Notes: generated by a model from the letters alone, not told the origin. A stretch of 64,000 nucleotides of DNA from Eledone cirrhosa (GCA_964016885.1 OZ024740.1:429474001-429538000), one strand, 5' to 3'; counted from the first letter of the stretch, positions 29,199 to 43,541 are shown. Translations and numbers: made by a program.

Positions 29199-30253
29199 CA
29201 ATATATAAACAGTTTTATAAATAATTTTGACGTACCATAAATATTGATCAACTTTTATGTAAGAAGTTGGTTTGGTAGTGAAATGTTTATAAATATTTAG
29301 TGTTAAGCACAGTTAAAAAGAAAGACGGAGAAAAAGAAGAGATGTATGTAAAGAAAAACAGAGAGAAATAGAGAGAGATAGGGGAGAGAGAAATAGTGAG
29401 GAGGTGAAAAAAGAGAGGCAGCTGAGGCAACAGATGAATAATAATAATTCATCATACAAATTGAGAGATTTAGGAGGGAGGAAGTACTGTACTTATTTAG
29501 TTATAGTGTTAAGGAGACGGAGAGAAATAAAAAATGAAGAGAAAACAGAGAGAGAGAGAAAGATAGAGGTGGGGGGAAAAAAGAGGTAGACCAAATAATA
29601 ATAATTATTATATATGGGGAGGTGAGAGAAATAGGAGAGAAGTAAGAGAGAAAACAAGAGAGAAACTGGAGAGGTAAAGTTAAAATAACCGATACTTAGA
29701 CTTCATCAAATATAAAGAGGGAGGAGAAGAAAGAGCTATATCTAGAGAGAGGGATGATAGATTTACATCTTTACGTTATGTCCTATCAATTTGAATTATC
29801 AATTCATATGAATTGGGTATTATAATGTAAATATCAATATTCATGAATGAGACATAGATATATAATGTGTGAAAAATAATGACCATATGTTTAGTTTAAA
29901 ATTCTGAGGTCGATGTACCAAAAACTGAGATAAAACTTCAAAAAATACGGAAATAAATAAGTATATATGTACTTTCCGGAAAAGGAAAGAAAGAGAAAAA
30001 GAGAAGGTCATCTCAAGTTCTAGTTGATACTATAGACATACCCATGATCCTACGTGATCAACTCTGTAATTTCTTGTTTCACAGAAAAAAATTTTTTCCT
30101 TTGTGTTATAAAAGATTTTACTATATATATATATACATAAAAAAAATATATATATACATAAAAAATATATATTAATACTCCTGCCCTCACATACATGATT
30201 AACGTTCATGTATAGAATATTATGCATATCTGTAACATATCCAGAGCTATACC

Positions 30254-30297
<44 letters not shown>

Positions 30298-30860
30298 CAC
30301 ACATATATGTGTACATGGACAGATAAAGTAAGCAGATAAAATAAAATATACTCTGTAATCATTCCATATTCATATTAATACATATGGCTTTTGTACAGAG
30401 ACAACCAGATATTAATATATCAGCACAGAGATATCAAAACATTAAAAATATTTTCATCACTACCCAGAGTATCTAGGGCCGTAAAAAACACAGTATGCAC
30501 CCCATATCAACCACAGAAATCTACCCTTCCAATTTATCTGACAATATATTGCCAAGTTCATTAGAAGCAATCAGAATCAAAAAGCAAACAAAAAACCAAA
30601 AATTATTCAACAAAACTTATTTAGCAGAAATCATTTAAAAGATTTAGGAGACCCTGTTGTTCTACAGATGCTCTTATATTTAGTATAGAAGTTTATCTAG
30701 CGTAAAATTTATTCAATAGATTGGGAGCATCTACATTTTAGGGTAGTTTAATTACATCATTAGTATATATTTATGAAGAAGGTTTAAAAGAAAAAGTTGA
30801 AGGAATCGAAAGATTTATCGTCAGGTTTCATACATTAATTAAATATCTTAACTAATTATA

Positions 30861-31535
30861 CTACATTTTAAATTTATATTTATATTTAAACGTTGAGTTC
30901 AATCTATGTCTGCAGCAACTGAATAAATTGCTCCTTAAATTAAGGGAATTTTTAGATTTTAATATAAAGAATATCTCCTCCACACAGAGGTCACATGTCT
31001 CAGATGAGGAATTAAAAGGAATCCCTCTTGAGACAATATTCCAAAACATCGAATACCCAACGTTATCATGTTTAAGTTGCCAGAGTAAGCCTGATAGTGA
31101 AGTTGAAGATTTCTTGTTTGGATCTGTGAAAGAATTCTTATGATTATTGTAGCGAAGTTTAAATTCTGTCGAGGTGGAACCAACATAGTTAAAAGAATTT
31201 AAGTTAGTTTTAACATTACAATTGTATATTATATTTTTAACTAAGCAATTGTTATTTAACGGACATTTAGATTTATTTCTACAGTTACAGTTGTTTAATT
31301 GAATATTGTTTTGGCTATTATCGGTATTTTGGCTAGGTTTTAGATTCCTATTATTTATTCTGTTAATATTTTGTGCTAAATTTTTGGTGGACGAGTAAGT
31401 TAATTTTATAGTGTGTCTATTAAAAATTGAGTGATATTTATGTGTTCTAGGGAAGCGTTTGTCAAGAGCATTAAAAAATAGTTTAGCAATGTGGGTTTTA
31501 ATATTTAGTGAGAAAGGAGGGGGGAGGCAAACCAT
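30861..31535 (-). pseudogene. PLE C-terminal linker + GIY-YIG endonuclease fragment
   Basis: PPFS...IFNRHTIKLTYS, CNCRNKSKCPLNNNC, IIYNC...YVGST..FKLRYNNH, CDLC, CCRH. Confidence 0.88.
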
Positions 31536-31848
31536 ATTATATTTCTAGTTCTATTTCTTTTCTGGCTTTTGGAATTATTGTAATGTTTTCTATTATAGTT
31601 GTTAAAGTTGTTACCGTAATTAAAATTGTTATTATTTTGGTTAGTCTGCCTATTATTATCGATGTACTTAATTTTATCACTATATCCTGCTCTAGCTAAC
31701 GCTTCATTGTAATACTGCGCGTTTTCGTCGAAAATATTTTTATAATCCCCGAAATATGTCTAATGAAATAAATATTTTTATTATCCCCGAAATATGTATA
31801 ATGAAATAAATATGGTTTTATAAATATAGTTTCCATTTGTTTAATATC

Positions 31849-31911
<63 letters not shown>

Positions 31912-32374
31912 TAGAAGGGATATTTAATTTGTTGGAAATACAACAAATATAATTGTATATCATTTTATATATATATATATATTTCTATATGTTTTTGTTG
32001 TTTTGTTGTTTTTTTGTGTGTGTAAATATATGACGGTGACTGCATCTCTATTTCGAGTAATGCCATCACATGATACTTAAGCAACAGCATCATGGATGTA
32101 GCCTCTCAGTCCTGCTAGGGACTTGCCTATGGCCAGCAATAACTTGCATCGCAACAAATGTCACACATCAAGCGGTCACTGAGCTTGAAGCTTTTTTAAG
32201 TAAGGAAAGTCTTTTCACGGAGCCAATCCCACTCTCTGAACATGGAATGTATTTACCCCAAAAGAACTAGTTTACATCAATAGCTGCAAACTAAGTCGCA
32301 GGTTTTATATCAGAGTGACCTTCTCCTAAAGAGATGTTTTAATGAAGACTAGGGGTCTTTCACTCCACAAAAGA

Positions 32375-32540
32375 AATACATGCACACATACATACATACA
32401 ATAACATCCATACCTACACATGCATGCAGGCATACATACATATCTACCTAGTTGATGTTGTGTAAATTCCAATGAGAGAGTCTTGTAACTATGTTAGAAA
32501 CCGACTCTCTCTCTATTGGTAAACATTTGTGAAATTATAA
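32375..32540 (+). mobile_element. 3' UTR fragment of the R4-like LINE
   Basis: Matches 34470-34615; followed by (CATA)n. Confidence 0.8.
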
Positions 32541-32558
32541 TACATACATACATACATA

Positions 32559-34627
32559 CCTCCAACTTGCTAAAGTCCCAGACATTATTGTCAGAGCCAT
32601 AGAGAGGCTGTCTTCTTCTTGGGCTACTATCCTAAGGTTAAAGACAGAGAGGGAGGACTCTATTTTCACTGATAAAATAAAATATTGCAGGGGTATATTT
32701 CAGGGGGACAGTCTCTCTGTGATATTGTTCATCTTGTCATTAAACCCCTTGTCCTTTCTGCTCAAGAAATGTGAGGGATACATCATTGGCTCACAGGAGG
32801 ACAAAAATACGAACCTAACCCATAACTTCTTTGTGGGCGATCTGAAACTCTATGCCAAGAACATGGATGGGATGAAGAAAAATCTTGACCTGGTTACAAC
32901 GTTCTCAAAGGATATAGGAATGGAGTTTGGCCAAGATAAATGCTCATACATGACTGTAAAGGGGGGAAAATCAACAACCCAATCTAGCAACATTGTCATC
33001 AATGGTCTAACTGTTTCAGCGATATTTGATGAAGACTGCTACAGATACCTGGAGATAGATGAGAACATATCCTATAATGGTATCTGTAATAAAGAACGCG
33101 TAACCAGGGAATACTACACCCGATTAAGAAAGATCTGGTCATCGGAACTCTCTGCGCAAAACAAAACAGTGGCTCACAATGTGTTTGCTGTGCCTGTCCT
33201 AACACCAACTTTTGGAATACTCAATTGGACGATAGACGAAATCCGAGAAGTTGATGTTGGAACTCGAAAAATACTGAACAACACCGGAAACTTCCACATC
33301 AACAGTGACATAGACCGCCTTTACTTGAAACGTAAGCAGGGAGGCAGAGGCCTACCATCAGTCCAGACAACATTTGAATGTCGCATCATATCTCTCTGAC
33401 AACATCTACTAACCTCGAAGCGTAGGACCCGCTTCTCGAGCAAGTCTATCTGCATGAAACAGATAAGGTCATGAGAGTTGGGAAGGAACTCCTTGAGAGA
33501 TATTCCCTGTGTGATAATCAAAAACTCACACCCAGGGATGTCGCTCAGCAGTATCGCAGTGAATCCATGGATGAAAAACTGCATGCCTATCAGCAAAAAA
33601 TCATGCATGGATATGTTGCCAGGAAGCTCCAGAGTGAGAGTAATATAGATAAGGAAAGTAGTTTATCTTGGACCAACAACCGCTATATTGGCTCCCACTT
33701 TGAAGGATACGCTTTTGCAATCCAAGAACAGGAGATTAACACGAAATACCTGATTCACAAAGGAGATAGGGATGCAGGCAAAACACCTAGATGTGATAAC
33801 AAGTGCAGACTCTGCAGAACTAACATCGAGGATATCACCCATGTCATCAGCAGCTGTCCAAAGATGTCATCGCGGTACTATCTACCTATGAGGCATGATG
33901 TAGTGGCCAAAACACTGTACAATGCAGTTCGTAAAAAAGGTAGCCCCGATAATAAACTCATTAAAAGCTACAACAATGTGGAAGACATCCATGTACATAA
34001 TATGAAAGAGTACTGGTGGAATGTTCCAGTAAAAACCCAAATAAAATGCAGGCATAACAGACCAGATATTATGATATGGGCAGGGAGAAGAAAACATGCA
34101 CAGTAGTGGAAATTAGCTGCCCAGCAGATGCCAATATAATATCAAAGATTAGTGAAAAGGAGAATATTTATGCAGAACTGATGAGAAATCTGCAGATACT
34201 CTACCCTGATTACACCTTCAGATTTATACCTGTGATTATTGGGGCACTTGGATATGTTAGTAACTGCCTCAATACAAATCTTGAGAAGCTAGGCTTCACA
34301 GGAACAGAAAGAACACAACTAGTTAGGAAACTACAAGTACAGTCCATTAATGGAACAGTAAAAATATGTAAAACATTCCAAAAATTTTGCATCTAATAAC
34401 TGCATATACACATGTACAGATACAAAGCATATACACATGCACACATACAACTCAAAACATAAACATCCACACATACAATAACATTCATATCTACACATGC
34501 ATGCATGCATACATACATATCTACCTAGTTGATGTGTAAATTCCAATGAGAGAGTCTTGTCTCTATGTTAGAAACCAACTCTCTCTCTATTGGTAAAACT
34601 TTGTGAAATTATAAAACCAGAAGAACA
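32559..34627 (+). mobile_element. 5'-truncated, inactivated RLE non-LTR retrotransposon (R4/Dong-like) in (CATA)n
   Basis: RGIFQGDSLS, FFVGDLKLYA (catalytic D mutated), LYLKRKQGGRGL, CRLC..H..C knuckle, RHD, NRPDI, VEISCP, K..Y, IIGALG; stop at 33397-33399 and frameshifts near 33430 and 34080. Confidence 0.88.
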
Positions 34628-34676
34628 TACATACATACATACATACATACATACATGCATACATACATACATATCC

Positions 34677-34840
34677 ACCCTGATTACACCTTCAGGTTTA
34701 CGCCTGTGATTGTTGGGGCACTGGGATATGTTAGTAACTGCCTCAATACAAATCTTGAGAAGCTAGGCTTCACAGGAACAGAAAGAACACAACTAGTTAG
34801 GAAATTACTAGTAAAACTTTGTGAAATTATAAAACCAGAA
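34677..34840 (+). mobile_element. short internally deleted copy of the same R4-like LINE 3' end
   Basis: Matches 34203-34330 joined to 34594-34623; (CATA)n on both sides. Confidence 0.82.
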
Positions 34841-35342
34841 CATACACACATACATACATACATACATACATACATACATACATACATACATACATACATA
34901 CATACATACATACATACATACATACATACATACATACATACATACATACATACATCTCTTTCTAAAGTGAAATTCATATATACATACAGAAGGCGCGCGC
35001 GGCCTCCCTACTGATTTAAGTTATTACTGCCTACATGTCGGTGAGTGACAGAATACTGAAGGAAAAACAAGGGAAATAACTTTGATTATCTCCCTTACAT
35101 CGTATGCTAATATTTTCATGTGTATACATATTTGCGCACCAGCAGACTGGTATTCACAGTTGTTGTTGTGTGTGTGTGTGTGTGTGTACTTTTATTAATT
35201 TCATTGAATCACACACATACACGCACACACGCAGACACACCCACATATTCACACAGATACACAGATATACACACAAAGACACACACACACACACACACAC
35301 ACACAATGAATATGAAGACAAGTTTTCCATATTCATTATTAT

Positions 35343-35528
35343 GCGGTGGATTGGCAGTATCGGTAGAGGGTTGGACACCATGTTTTCTAGCATAGTTACG
35401 TCCCTTTACAGTCTGAGTTCAAATCCCGCCGCGATTAACTTTGCCTTTCATCCTTACGGGGTCGATAAAATAAAGTACCAGTAATGTACTGGGTAATTGC
35501 TGGCCTTGTGCCTAAAGTAGAAACAATT
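35343..35528 (+). mobile_element. SINE, dominant family
   Basis: Consensus match. Confidence 0.9.
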
Positions 35529-35899
35529 ATTATACCTCTGTGTGTGTGTGTGTGTGTCTAGTGTATATATGCTTGTACATATATGATTAAGTACCTTGTT
35601 GTAGTAGTGTAGCTTGTGTGTTCTTTTGATCCGGAGACCTAGAGAGGTGGGAGGCCATCACCTGGTAGCTCCAACTATGTCAGACAGGCCGAAGGGTAAG
35701 AGTCATACTAAACCTTAATCGCTAGAGGAATAAACCTCAGTGTCACAAAATATCCCTCGATGGGATGGCAACGTGGAGGACGTGTGACTTCGGTGGAGGA
35801 ATTACAGTCAAGTCAACAGAGATTCCCTCTAAATGTTGAACAGAAGAAACTCATGTCAACGGTCACGGTCAATAGATTTCATTAAGTGAAAGACTGAAG

Positions 35900-36740
35900 T
35901 ATGCATTGAGTAGTATCGAACGTATCAATGCACAATCTAAACTCTTTCACTGACTCAGCTATATGAACGAAATCATCAGCATACAGAAGTTCCCATGGAT
36001 TGCCGGTCCATGTTATGACCTGGGGGGACAATAACCAGATGTAGGTTGACGGGTGCGCCTTGATGAACACCCACTTCAACATTGAGTTCCTCGCTAAACT
36101 CATTACTTCCTCTCACTTCGCTAACATCATCTCTGTATATTGCTTGTGCCTCTCTCAGAGGCCGCTCTTCTACATCCAGTGTTCTTAAAGACCGCCAGTC
36201 CACAGATCGTGCGGCTCTGTCAAGGGATTTTTCCAGATCTACCGAATCTAGGTTCAGCAGCTTACTCTTAAATAAGAATGTCTCTTGTAGTTGTCTCACG
36301 AAGATGAGAGAATCTGTGGTGCTCCTTTCTGGTACAAAGCCAAACTACATCTCAACTAATTTGCCAGTTTTCCTAATTAATAGTACTAACACTTTTTTGT
36401 CACTTTCATAACTTGACCCATCAGTTTTAGTCCTGTGTAGTTGCTCCTTTCAAGAACATCACCCTCTAACAATTAATGATTATACTACTACACCAGTTAT
36501 TGGATATAACGTCATCTTGTATTTCTTGGTTGACTAGGCAAGTGATGATCACATGTCCTACTTCACCAGATGATTTCAGCATCTCAAAAACTATTTTCCA
36601 TGATACAGCAGCTTTATAATTGTTCATATCTTTAATTACTCACTTAACCCCATAACTGTCAACTTCAATAGCTGGTCCTTTTGAGGGATCTACTGAAGGT
36701 AGACCCTCTTCCTCCCACCCATTCTCCACATTCATCAATC
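35900..36740 (-). pseudogene. degenerate RTE-type LINE reverse transcriptase fragment
   Basis: RQLQE, VDLEKSLDR, VGVHQG and PWELLYADD in alternating frames. Confidence 0.8.
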
Positions 36741-36956
36741 TTTCATAATTGATTAAATTCATGAACAATCAGGGATCATAATTTTGTGTTAGTTGTCTTT
36801 CAGGTTACGAGACCAGAAAGAATTCTTACTTGGGAATTTTTCAGTAATTGCATCACTAAGATTTAGGAAATAATGACCCATCTTAATAAGAATTACTCTG
36901 ACTAGCAGAGAAGCATCAAAGAGGTGTGTTGTTTTAGCCATAATATCCTGCTACCA

Positions 36957-38820
36957 GGCGGTGAATTGGTAGAGTCGTTAGAACGTCTGATAGAATGGTA
37001 GAGTAATTAGAACGTCGTATAGAATGGTAAAGTGGTTAGAATGTGAGATAAAATGGTAGAGTGGTTAGAATATCGGATAGAATGGTAAAGTGGTTAGACG
37101 GTCGGATAGGATGGTAGAGTTGTTAGAACGTCAGATAGAATGGTAGAGTGGTTAGACAGTCAGATAGAATGGTAGAGCGGTTAGAACGTCAGATAGAATG
37201 GTAGAGTGGTTAGAATGTCGGATAGAATGGTAGAGTGGTTAGAACGTCAGATAGAATGGTAGGGTGGTTAGAATGTCGGATAGAATGGTAGAGTTGTTAG
37301 AACGTCAGATAGAATGGTAGAGTTATTAGAACGTCAGATAGAATGGTAAAGTGGTTAGAACGTCAGATAGAAAGGTAGAGTGGTTAGAACGGCAGATAGA
37401 ATGGTAGAGTGGTTAGACAGTCAGATAGAATGGTAGAGTGGTTAGAATGTCAGATAGAATGGTAGAGTTGTTAGAACGTCAGATAGAATGGTAGAGTTGT
37501 TAGAACGTCAGATAGAATGGTAGAGTGGTTAGAACGTCAGATAGAATGGTAGAGTGGTTAGAATGTCGGATAGAATGGTAGAGTGGTTAGAATGTCGGAT
37601 AGAATGGTAGAGTTGTTAGAACGTCAGATAGAATGGTAGAGTGGTTAGAATGTCGGATAGAATGGTAGAGTGGTTAGAACGTCAGATAGAATGGTAGGAT
37701 GGTTAGAACGTCAGATAGAATGGTAGAGTTGTTAGAACGTCAGATAGAATGGTAGAGTGCTTAGAATGTCGGATAGAATGGTAGAGAGGTTAGAATGTCG
37801 GATAGAATGGTAGAGTGCTTAGAATGTCGGATAGAATGGTAGAGTGCTTAGAATGTCGGATAGAATGGTAGAGTGGTTAGAATGTCGGATAGAATGGTAG
37901 AGTGGTTAGAACGTCAGATAGAATGGTAGAGTGGTTAGACAGTCAGATAGAATGGTAGAGTGGTTAGAACGTCAGATAGAACGGTAGAGTGTTAGAACGT
38001 CAGATAGAATGGTAGAGTTGTTAGAACGTCAGATAGAATGGTAGAGTGGTTAGAACATCAGATAGAATGGTAGAGTTGTTAGAACGTCAGATAGAACGGT
38101 AGAGTGTTAGAACGTCAGATAGAATGGTAGAGTGTTAGAACGTCAGATAGAATGATAGAGTGGTTAGAATGTCGGATATAATGGTAGAGTCGTTAGAACG
38201 TCATATAGAATGGTAGAGTGGTTAGAACGTCAGATAGAATGGTAGAGTGGTTAGAACGTCAGATAGAATGGTAGAGTGGTTAGAACGTCAGATAGAATGG
38301 TAGAGTGTTAGAACGTCAGATAGAATGATAGAGTGGTTAGACAGTCAGATAGAATGGTAGAGTGGTTAGAACGTCAGATAGAATGGTAGAGACGTTAGAA
38401 CGTCAGATAGAATGGTAGAGACGTTAGAACGTCAGATAGAATGGTAGAGTGTTAGAACGTCAGATAGAATGATAGAGTGGTTAGACAGTCAGATAGAATG
38501 GTAGAGTGGTTAGAACGTCAGATAGAATGCTTTGCGGTATTCGTTTCGGCTGTCTGTTCTGAATTTAAATCCCGCCAAGTTCAATTTTTCCTTTCATCCA
38601 TTCGAGGTCGTTAAAAAAGTACCAGTTTTGTACTGGGGTCGATTCTTCCACTATATCTCTTTCTCACTTCCATTCTCACTATCACCCTCTATATTCTTCT
38701 CTGGAAGAAATATATTGTATTCAAAACTGGAGAGATAGGCTCCGCCAGATTTTTAAACAATACTCTAGGAATACTGTATGTCAATACGGTGCCCCTACAA
38801 CTTCCTCGTGGGTTACAGGA
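36957..38820 (+). mobile_element. long-tailed SINE expanded by an internal 29-bp minisatellite (36970-38530, ~54 units)
   Basis: GGCGGTGAATTGGTAGAG head, unit AGATAGAATGGTAGAGTGGTTAGAACGTC; SINE body resumes at 38530. Confidence 0.92.
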
Positions 38821-39702
38821 ACAAATAAGAATAATACCCTGCTAGGAAGAATTGTTTTGTGAGAGAAACGTTAAGACTATGTCTTGTTGGAAAATAAACC
38901 AATCTCCGAGGAAGAAATACAACCAGATACAAGCTCTTCTTTTCTGAATAAAGTGTTGGTCTTTTTACACGTAATAAAACTTGATTAATTTAACCTGATT
39001 CATAATTTCATTACAGCATAATATCTTAATTCAATTTGTTTTCTAGTTTTATCACGATCTAGATTACGATGTGTGACATTGTGTGAAGTTATCTAAAATT
39101 TATTAAAGTACTTGGAAAGTGCGGCAGTGGTTTTCTAGAATTTTCGATCACATGTCTGCGTCTATAATCGTTATTTCTGTCCAGTGTTAAAATAGCCAAT
39201 CAATTAGGTATTAATGGTACACTAGTGTTGTATAGTGTTGTAGCTTTAGGTATTTATGGTACACTAGTGTTATAATAACCCTCTGTAGTACTGTGTCGTA
39301 TAGTGTTGTAGCTATAGGTATACAAGGTACACTAGTGTTATAATAACCTCCTGCAGTAGTGTCGTTTAGTGCTGTAGTTTTAGGTATTAATGGTATACTA
39401 GTGTCGTTTAGTGTTGTAGCTTTAGTAACTATTCTACAGGGTTTACAGATGTATTATATATATATACATAAAGTACCAGTAATACACGGAGGTAATTGCT
39501 GACCTTGTGCCAAAAGTAGAAACAATTATTATATATACACCCGCGTTTGTGTAGGTGTGTGTGTGGCGGGTGAGTTTGTGCGTGTGTTTGTGCGTGTGTG
39601 TCTGTGGGGGTGTATGTATATATGCGTATGTCTGTGGGGGTGAGTTTATGAGTGTGTGTCTGTGTGTGTGTATATATGTGCATGAAGTAAAGAATTAAAT
39701 TA

Positions 39703-39740
39703 ATCCTGATGAGTTATTAATGAAAATGAAACTAGTTGAT
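39703..39740 (+). ncRNA. hammerhead-like motif
   Basis: ATC-CTGATGA-..-GAAA-CTAG-TT-GAT with palindrome AACTAGTT; weak stem II. Confidence 0.45.
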
Positions 39741-40009
39741 CTGATTTCCCGAGCTAGACATATATTTATTTTATCTCGAAAGGATTAAAGTTATTTTCTT
39801 CCGGGGCTTTACGTCCTGTGTTCAAATCCCACCGAAGTCAACTTTGTCTTTCGTCCTTCAGGGGTCGATAAAATAAAGTACCAGTCACGTACTGGGGTCT
39901 ATGTAGTCGACTTCCCCCTCCTTACAAATTGCTGGTCCTGTCCTTAATTTAGAAATCTTTATTATATGATAAAATAAGTAGCCGATCTCTCAAACTTTTA
40001 AGCGTTGAG

Positions 40010-40325
40010 AATAATAGACAAAATAAGAATTGAGAGATCACAGCTCCGATACTATGGACATATGGTTAGAATATCCCAGGAAAGAATCGCTGGAGTCGCT
40101 CCAGGTAGATCCGCTACTTTTCTGTATTGAAAAATCACAGCTCCGATACTATGGACATGTGGTTAGAATGTCTCAAGAAAGAATCGCTGGACAAAACGGG
40201 CAAAATCAACCGACAGGAAACCCAGGGGTAGATCACGATCAAGATGGTTGGATAACATCCATGAGCTAGGCTGGTCTCGCTTGGGGATCCAGCCGGATCA
40301 GTTGGAGACCGTTGCTTCTGACAGG
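40010..40325 (+). pseudogene. RTE-type LINE 3' fragment
   Basis: IEKSQLRYYGHVVRM motif; small internal duplication. Confidence 0.7.
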
Positions 40326-40441
40326 ACCCGATTATAAATAGGTCAGTTCTTACCGAACAAAACTGTGTAATGATCAAAAGTTTCCACCCATAACCATCTG
40401 ATCGGCTCTTTGTATATAAGGCACAACATCACTGTCTAGTG

Positions 40442-40896
40442 CAGCGTTTCTCAACATTTTTACCCGTGTGGGAACCTTAAAAAAATGTTTAGCAGTATCG
40501 GTAGAGCGTCAGACACCATGCTTTACAGCATAGAGTTACGGCTCTTCATGATCTGAGTTCAAATCCCGCCGAGGTTAACTTTGCCTTTCATCCTTACGGA
40601 GTCGATTAAATAAAGTACCAGTAATGCACTGGGATAATTGCTGGGTTTGTGCCAAAAGTAGAAACAATTAATAGTTATCTATTTTGTAGTTTTACCGTAG
40701 TTCACGTGCTAAACAATATATTTTCCGGATAACTGGTTTAAACAAAAAAATGACCCATTTTTTTGTAAAATTACGAATATAAAATTAAACAAAAGTCGCT
40801 CGAAAATGCATCAACTTATTTACAGTTTCTTCCGGAGCCCCTAGCGACCTCCTGCGGAACCTTGGGGTTTCAGGGAGCATCGGTCGAGAAACGCTG
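40442..40896. mobile_element. hAT-like MITE containing a SINE (40490-40670)
   Basis: TIR CAGCGTTTCTCAAC / GTCGAGAAACGCTG; degenerate TSD GTCTAGTG / ATCAGTG. Confidence 0.7.
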
Positions 40897-41382
40897 ATCA
40901 GTGTATCCATCCTTCTTTATTTAAGACAATAGTGTGTGATCTGAAGAAATATTTAACTGCTATTTCTAGCAGTTGTATGTATATTTTATTCTGAGAAACT
41001 GCAGAACTGTAAAATTTCAAATTTGATAAACTTTAAGGCAGAATTTTATTAATATGTTTGGTAGCTTGCCCAATGTATGGAGAGGAAATCTTCAGCTGAA
41101 AATTGATTCAATAATTTTACCAAAAGATGCCTGAGGCGATAAATATAGGGCGTGTAATCAGTGAGTATAATTATCTCTATTTAATTATTAAATCTTTCCA
41201 AGTCCACTTAATGTTGAATAGGCGCATCATGCCACGAAGATATCCAAAGGGCAGTTTGTACAGAATCAATAAGTTCAGTTACAATGGAGGAGTGGTGGAG
41301 GAGAAATGGTGTTCAGGCTACATTTAAAAGAAAATGTCGTTTCTTTTAAATACCGTCTACGAATATAGTGTTGCTGCTGTTG

Positions 41383-41413
<31 letters not shown>

Positions 41414-41422
41414 CATCATCAG

Positions 41423-42110
41423 GGGCAGTGAATTGGCAGTATCGATAGAGGGTCGGACGCCATGTTTTTGCAGCAAAGAGATACGGCCCTTTATGGTCTG
41501 AGTTCAAATCCCGCCGAGGTTAACTTTGCCTTCCATCCTTGCGGGGTCGATAAAATAAAGTACCAGTAATGCACTGGGTAATTGCTGGCCTTGTGACAAA
41601 AATAGAAACAATTATTATTATCATCATCATTATAGTAGTGCTAGTTTTGTATGTTGTATATATTTGTGAGTCCTGGAGTTTTGGTTATGTATCTGTCTGT
41701 GTAATTTTATCATTCCCAGAGCACCTCAAATAATTGTTTCTACTTTTGGCACAAGGCCAGAAATTACCCAGTATATTACTGGTACTTTATTTTATCGACC
41801 CCGTAAGGATGAAAGGCAAAGTAAACCTCGGCGGGATTTGAATTCAGAATGGCCGTAACTCTATGCGTCAAAGCATGGTGTCCGACCCTCTACCGATACT
41901 GCCAATTCACCGCCCTAATATGGTGTCCGACCCTCTACCGATACTGCCAATTCACCGCCCTCAGAACACCTCAAATAATGATTGACAGAAACAATACCAA
42001 TATTGTTTTACGTTTTGTGTTCAAATCCCGCCGAGGTTAACTTTGCTTTTCATCGATAAAATAAAGTTCCAATAAGGCACTAGGATTGATTTAATCGACT
42101 TTCCCCTCAT
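41423..42110. mobile_element. SINE cluster (41423-41615 +, 41731-41961 -, 42010-42110 +)
   Basis: Consensus matches; the minus copy has TSD CAGA(G/A)CACCTCAAATAAT and a duplicated head. Confidence 0.88.
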
Positions 42111-42410
42111 TATGATGGTTGTTCTTGTTGTTTACTATTGTTGTTGTTGTTACTGTGACTGTTGCTGTTGTTGTTACTGTTGCTACTGTTACTGTTGTTG
42201 TTGCTGCTACTGATGTTGCTGCCATTGCTACTATTCCTGCTGCTGTTGTTGCTGCTAGTGTTGTTGTTGTGGAAAAGTCTCAGTCTATTCTATTCAAACA
42301 GATCTGTAATCCATTAATGGGTGAATGTCTCTTGTTTTAATAGGAGAGCGAAGTGTGAAGTTGTGAATTTTACACTTCCATATCTTTCCTATCAATATAT
42401 TTGCCAAGTA

Positions 42411-43280
42411 GTGTATATACTCGTGTATAAGTCGAGAAATATGTGACAAAAAAAAATCGATGGTAAAATGGGGTTGACTAATAGTCGAGGTAAATATTTT
42501 GCCGATTTTCACCATCTTCAAGATTCTACGTAAATGAGATTCCAAAATATTTTCACTTTGGAGGTGAATATTACACCAGTTTCACTTTGGATGTGAATAT
42601 TACACCGGTTCCACTTTAAAGGTGAATATTACACCAGTTCCACTTTAAAGGTGAATATTACACCAGTTTCACTTTGAAGGTGAATATTACACCAGTTTCA
42701 CTTTGAAGGTGAATATTACACCAGTTTCACTTTAGATGTGAATATTACACCGGTTTCACTTTGAAGGTGAATATTACACCAGTTTCACTTTGGATGTGAA
42801 TATTACACCGGTTTCACTTTAGAGGTGAATATTACACCAGTTCCACTTTAAAGGTGAATATTACACCGGTTAAACTTTGGAGGTGAATATTACACCAGTT
42901 TCACTTTGGAGGTGAATATTACACCAGTTTCACTTTGGAGGTGAATATTACACCTGTTTCGCTTTGGAGGTGAATATTACACTGGTTTCACATTGGAGGT
43001 GAAATTCATATTTCCTATTGTTTTTGATGTTTTGTATATGGTATAAAAATCATTACATAATGGAGTTGTGAAACAAACTATATTCTAAATGACATTTAAA
43101 ACATTTCATTATCAAAATATTAAAACTTTATAAATATATCCTCCTCTCCTGAGAATTTCAAAACTGCGCCAATCTAAATATAATGTTTTGATTACCTGCC
43201 TCAGCTTATAAATGGGGTTTGAATTTTTGCCCATTTCTCAGACTTTAAATAGGGATCGACTTATATTCGAGTATATACAA
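42411..43280. mobile_element. Tc1/mariner superfamily (Tc2/pogo-like) MITE with internal 29-bp minisatellite (42551-43003)
   Basis: TA-flanked TIRs GTATATACTCGTGTATAAGTCGA / TCGACTTATATTCGAGTATATAC; unit TTTCACTTTGGAGGTGAATATTACACCAG. Confidence 0.75.
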
Positions 43281-43493
43281 TAAGGGAAATAAAGAATGAA
43301 AACAACAATCCGGATTTTTGAATGAATATAGGCAGAGTTTATCTGGTATTCCATAACACTTATTCCAGAATATTGGGGAATGAAAAACTGTAAATAGTTA
43401 TATTACTAGAAGACTTTCTACGCTAAGAATTAATTGGTGAACACATTCAATGGAAGTGGTTCGAAACTTCAAGAAGACGCACACACACACATG

Positions 43494-43541
<48 letters not shown>

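Larger units (their letters stand above)
29040..31852 (-). mobile_element. PLE family 3 (same clade as family 2), 5'-truncated with short inverted end, between (TA)n tracts
   Basis: ORF 30861-31535; 31782-31852 inverted vs 29088-29159; hammerhead near the 3' end. Confidence 0.82.
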
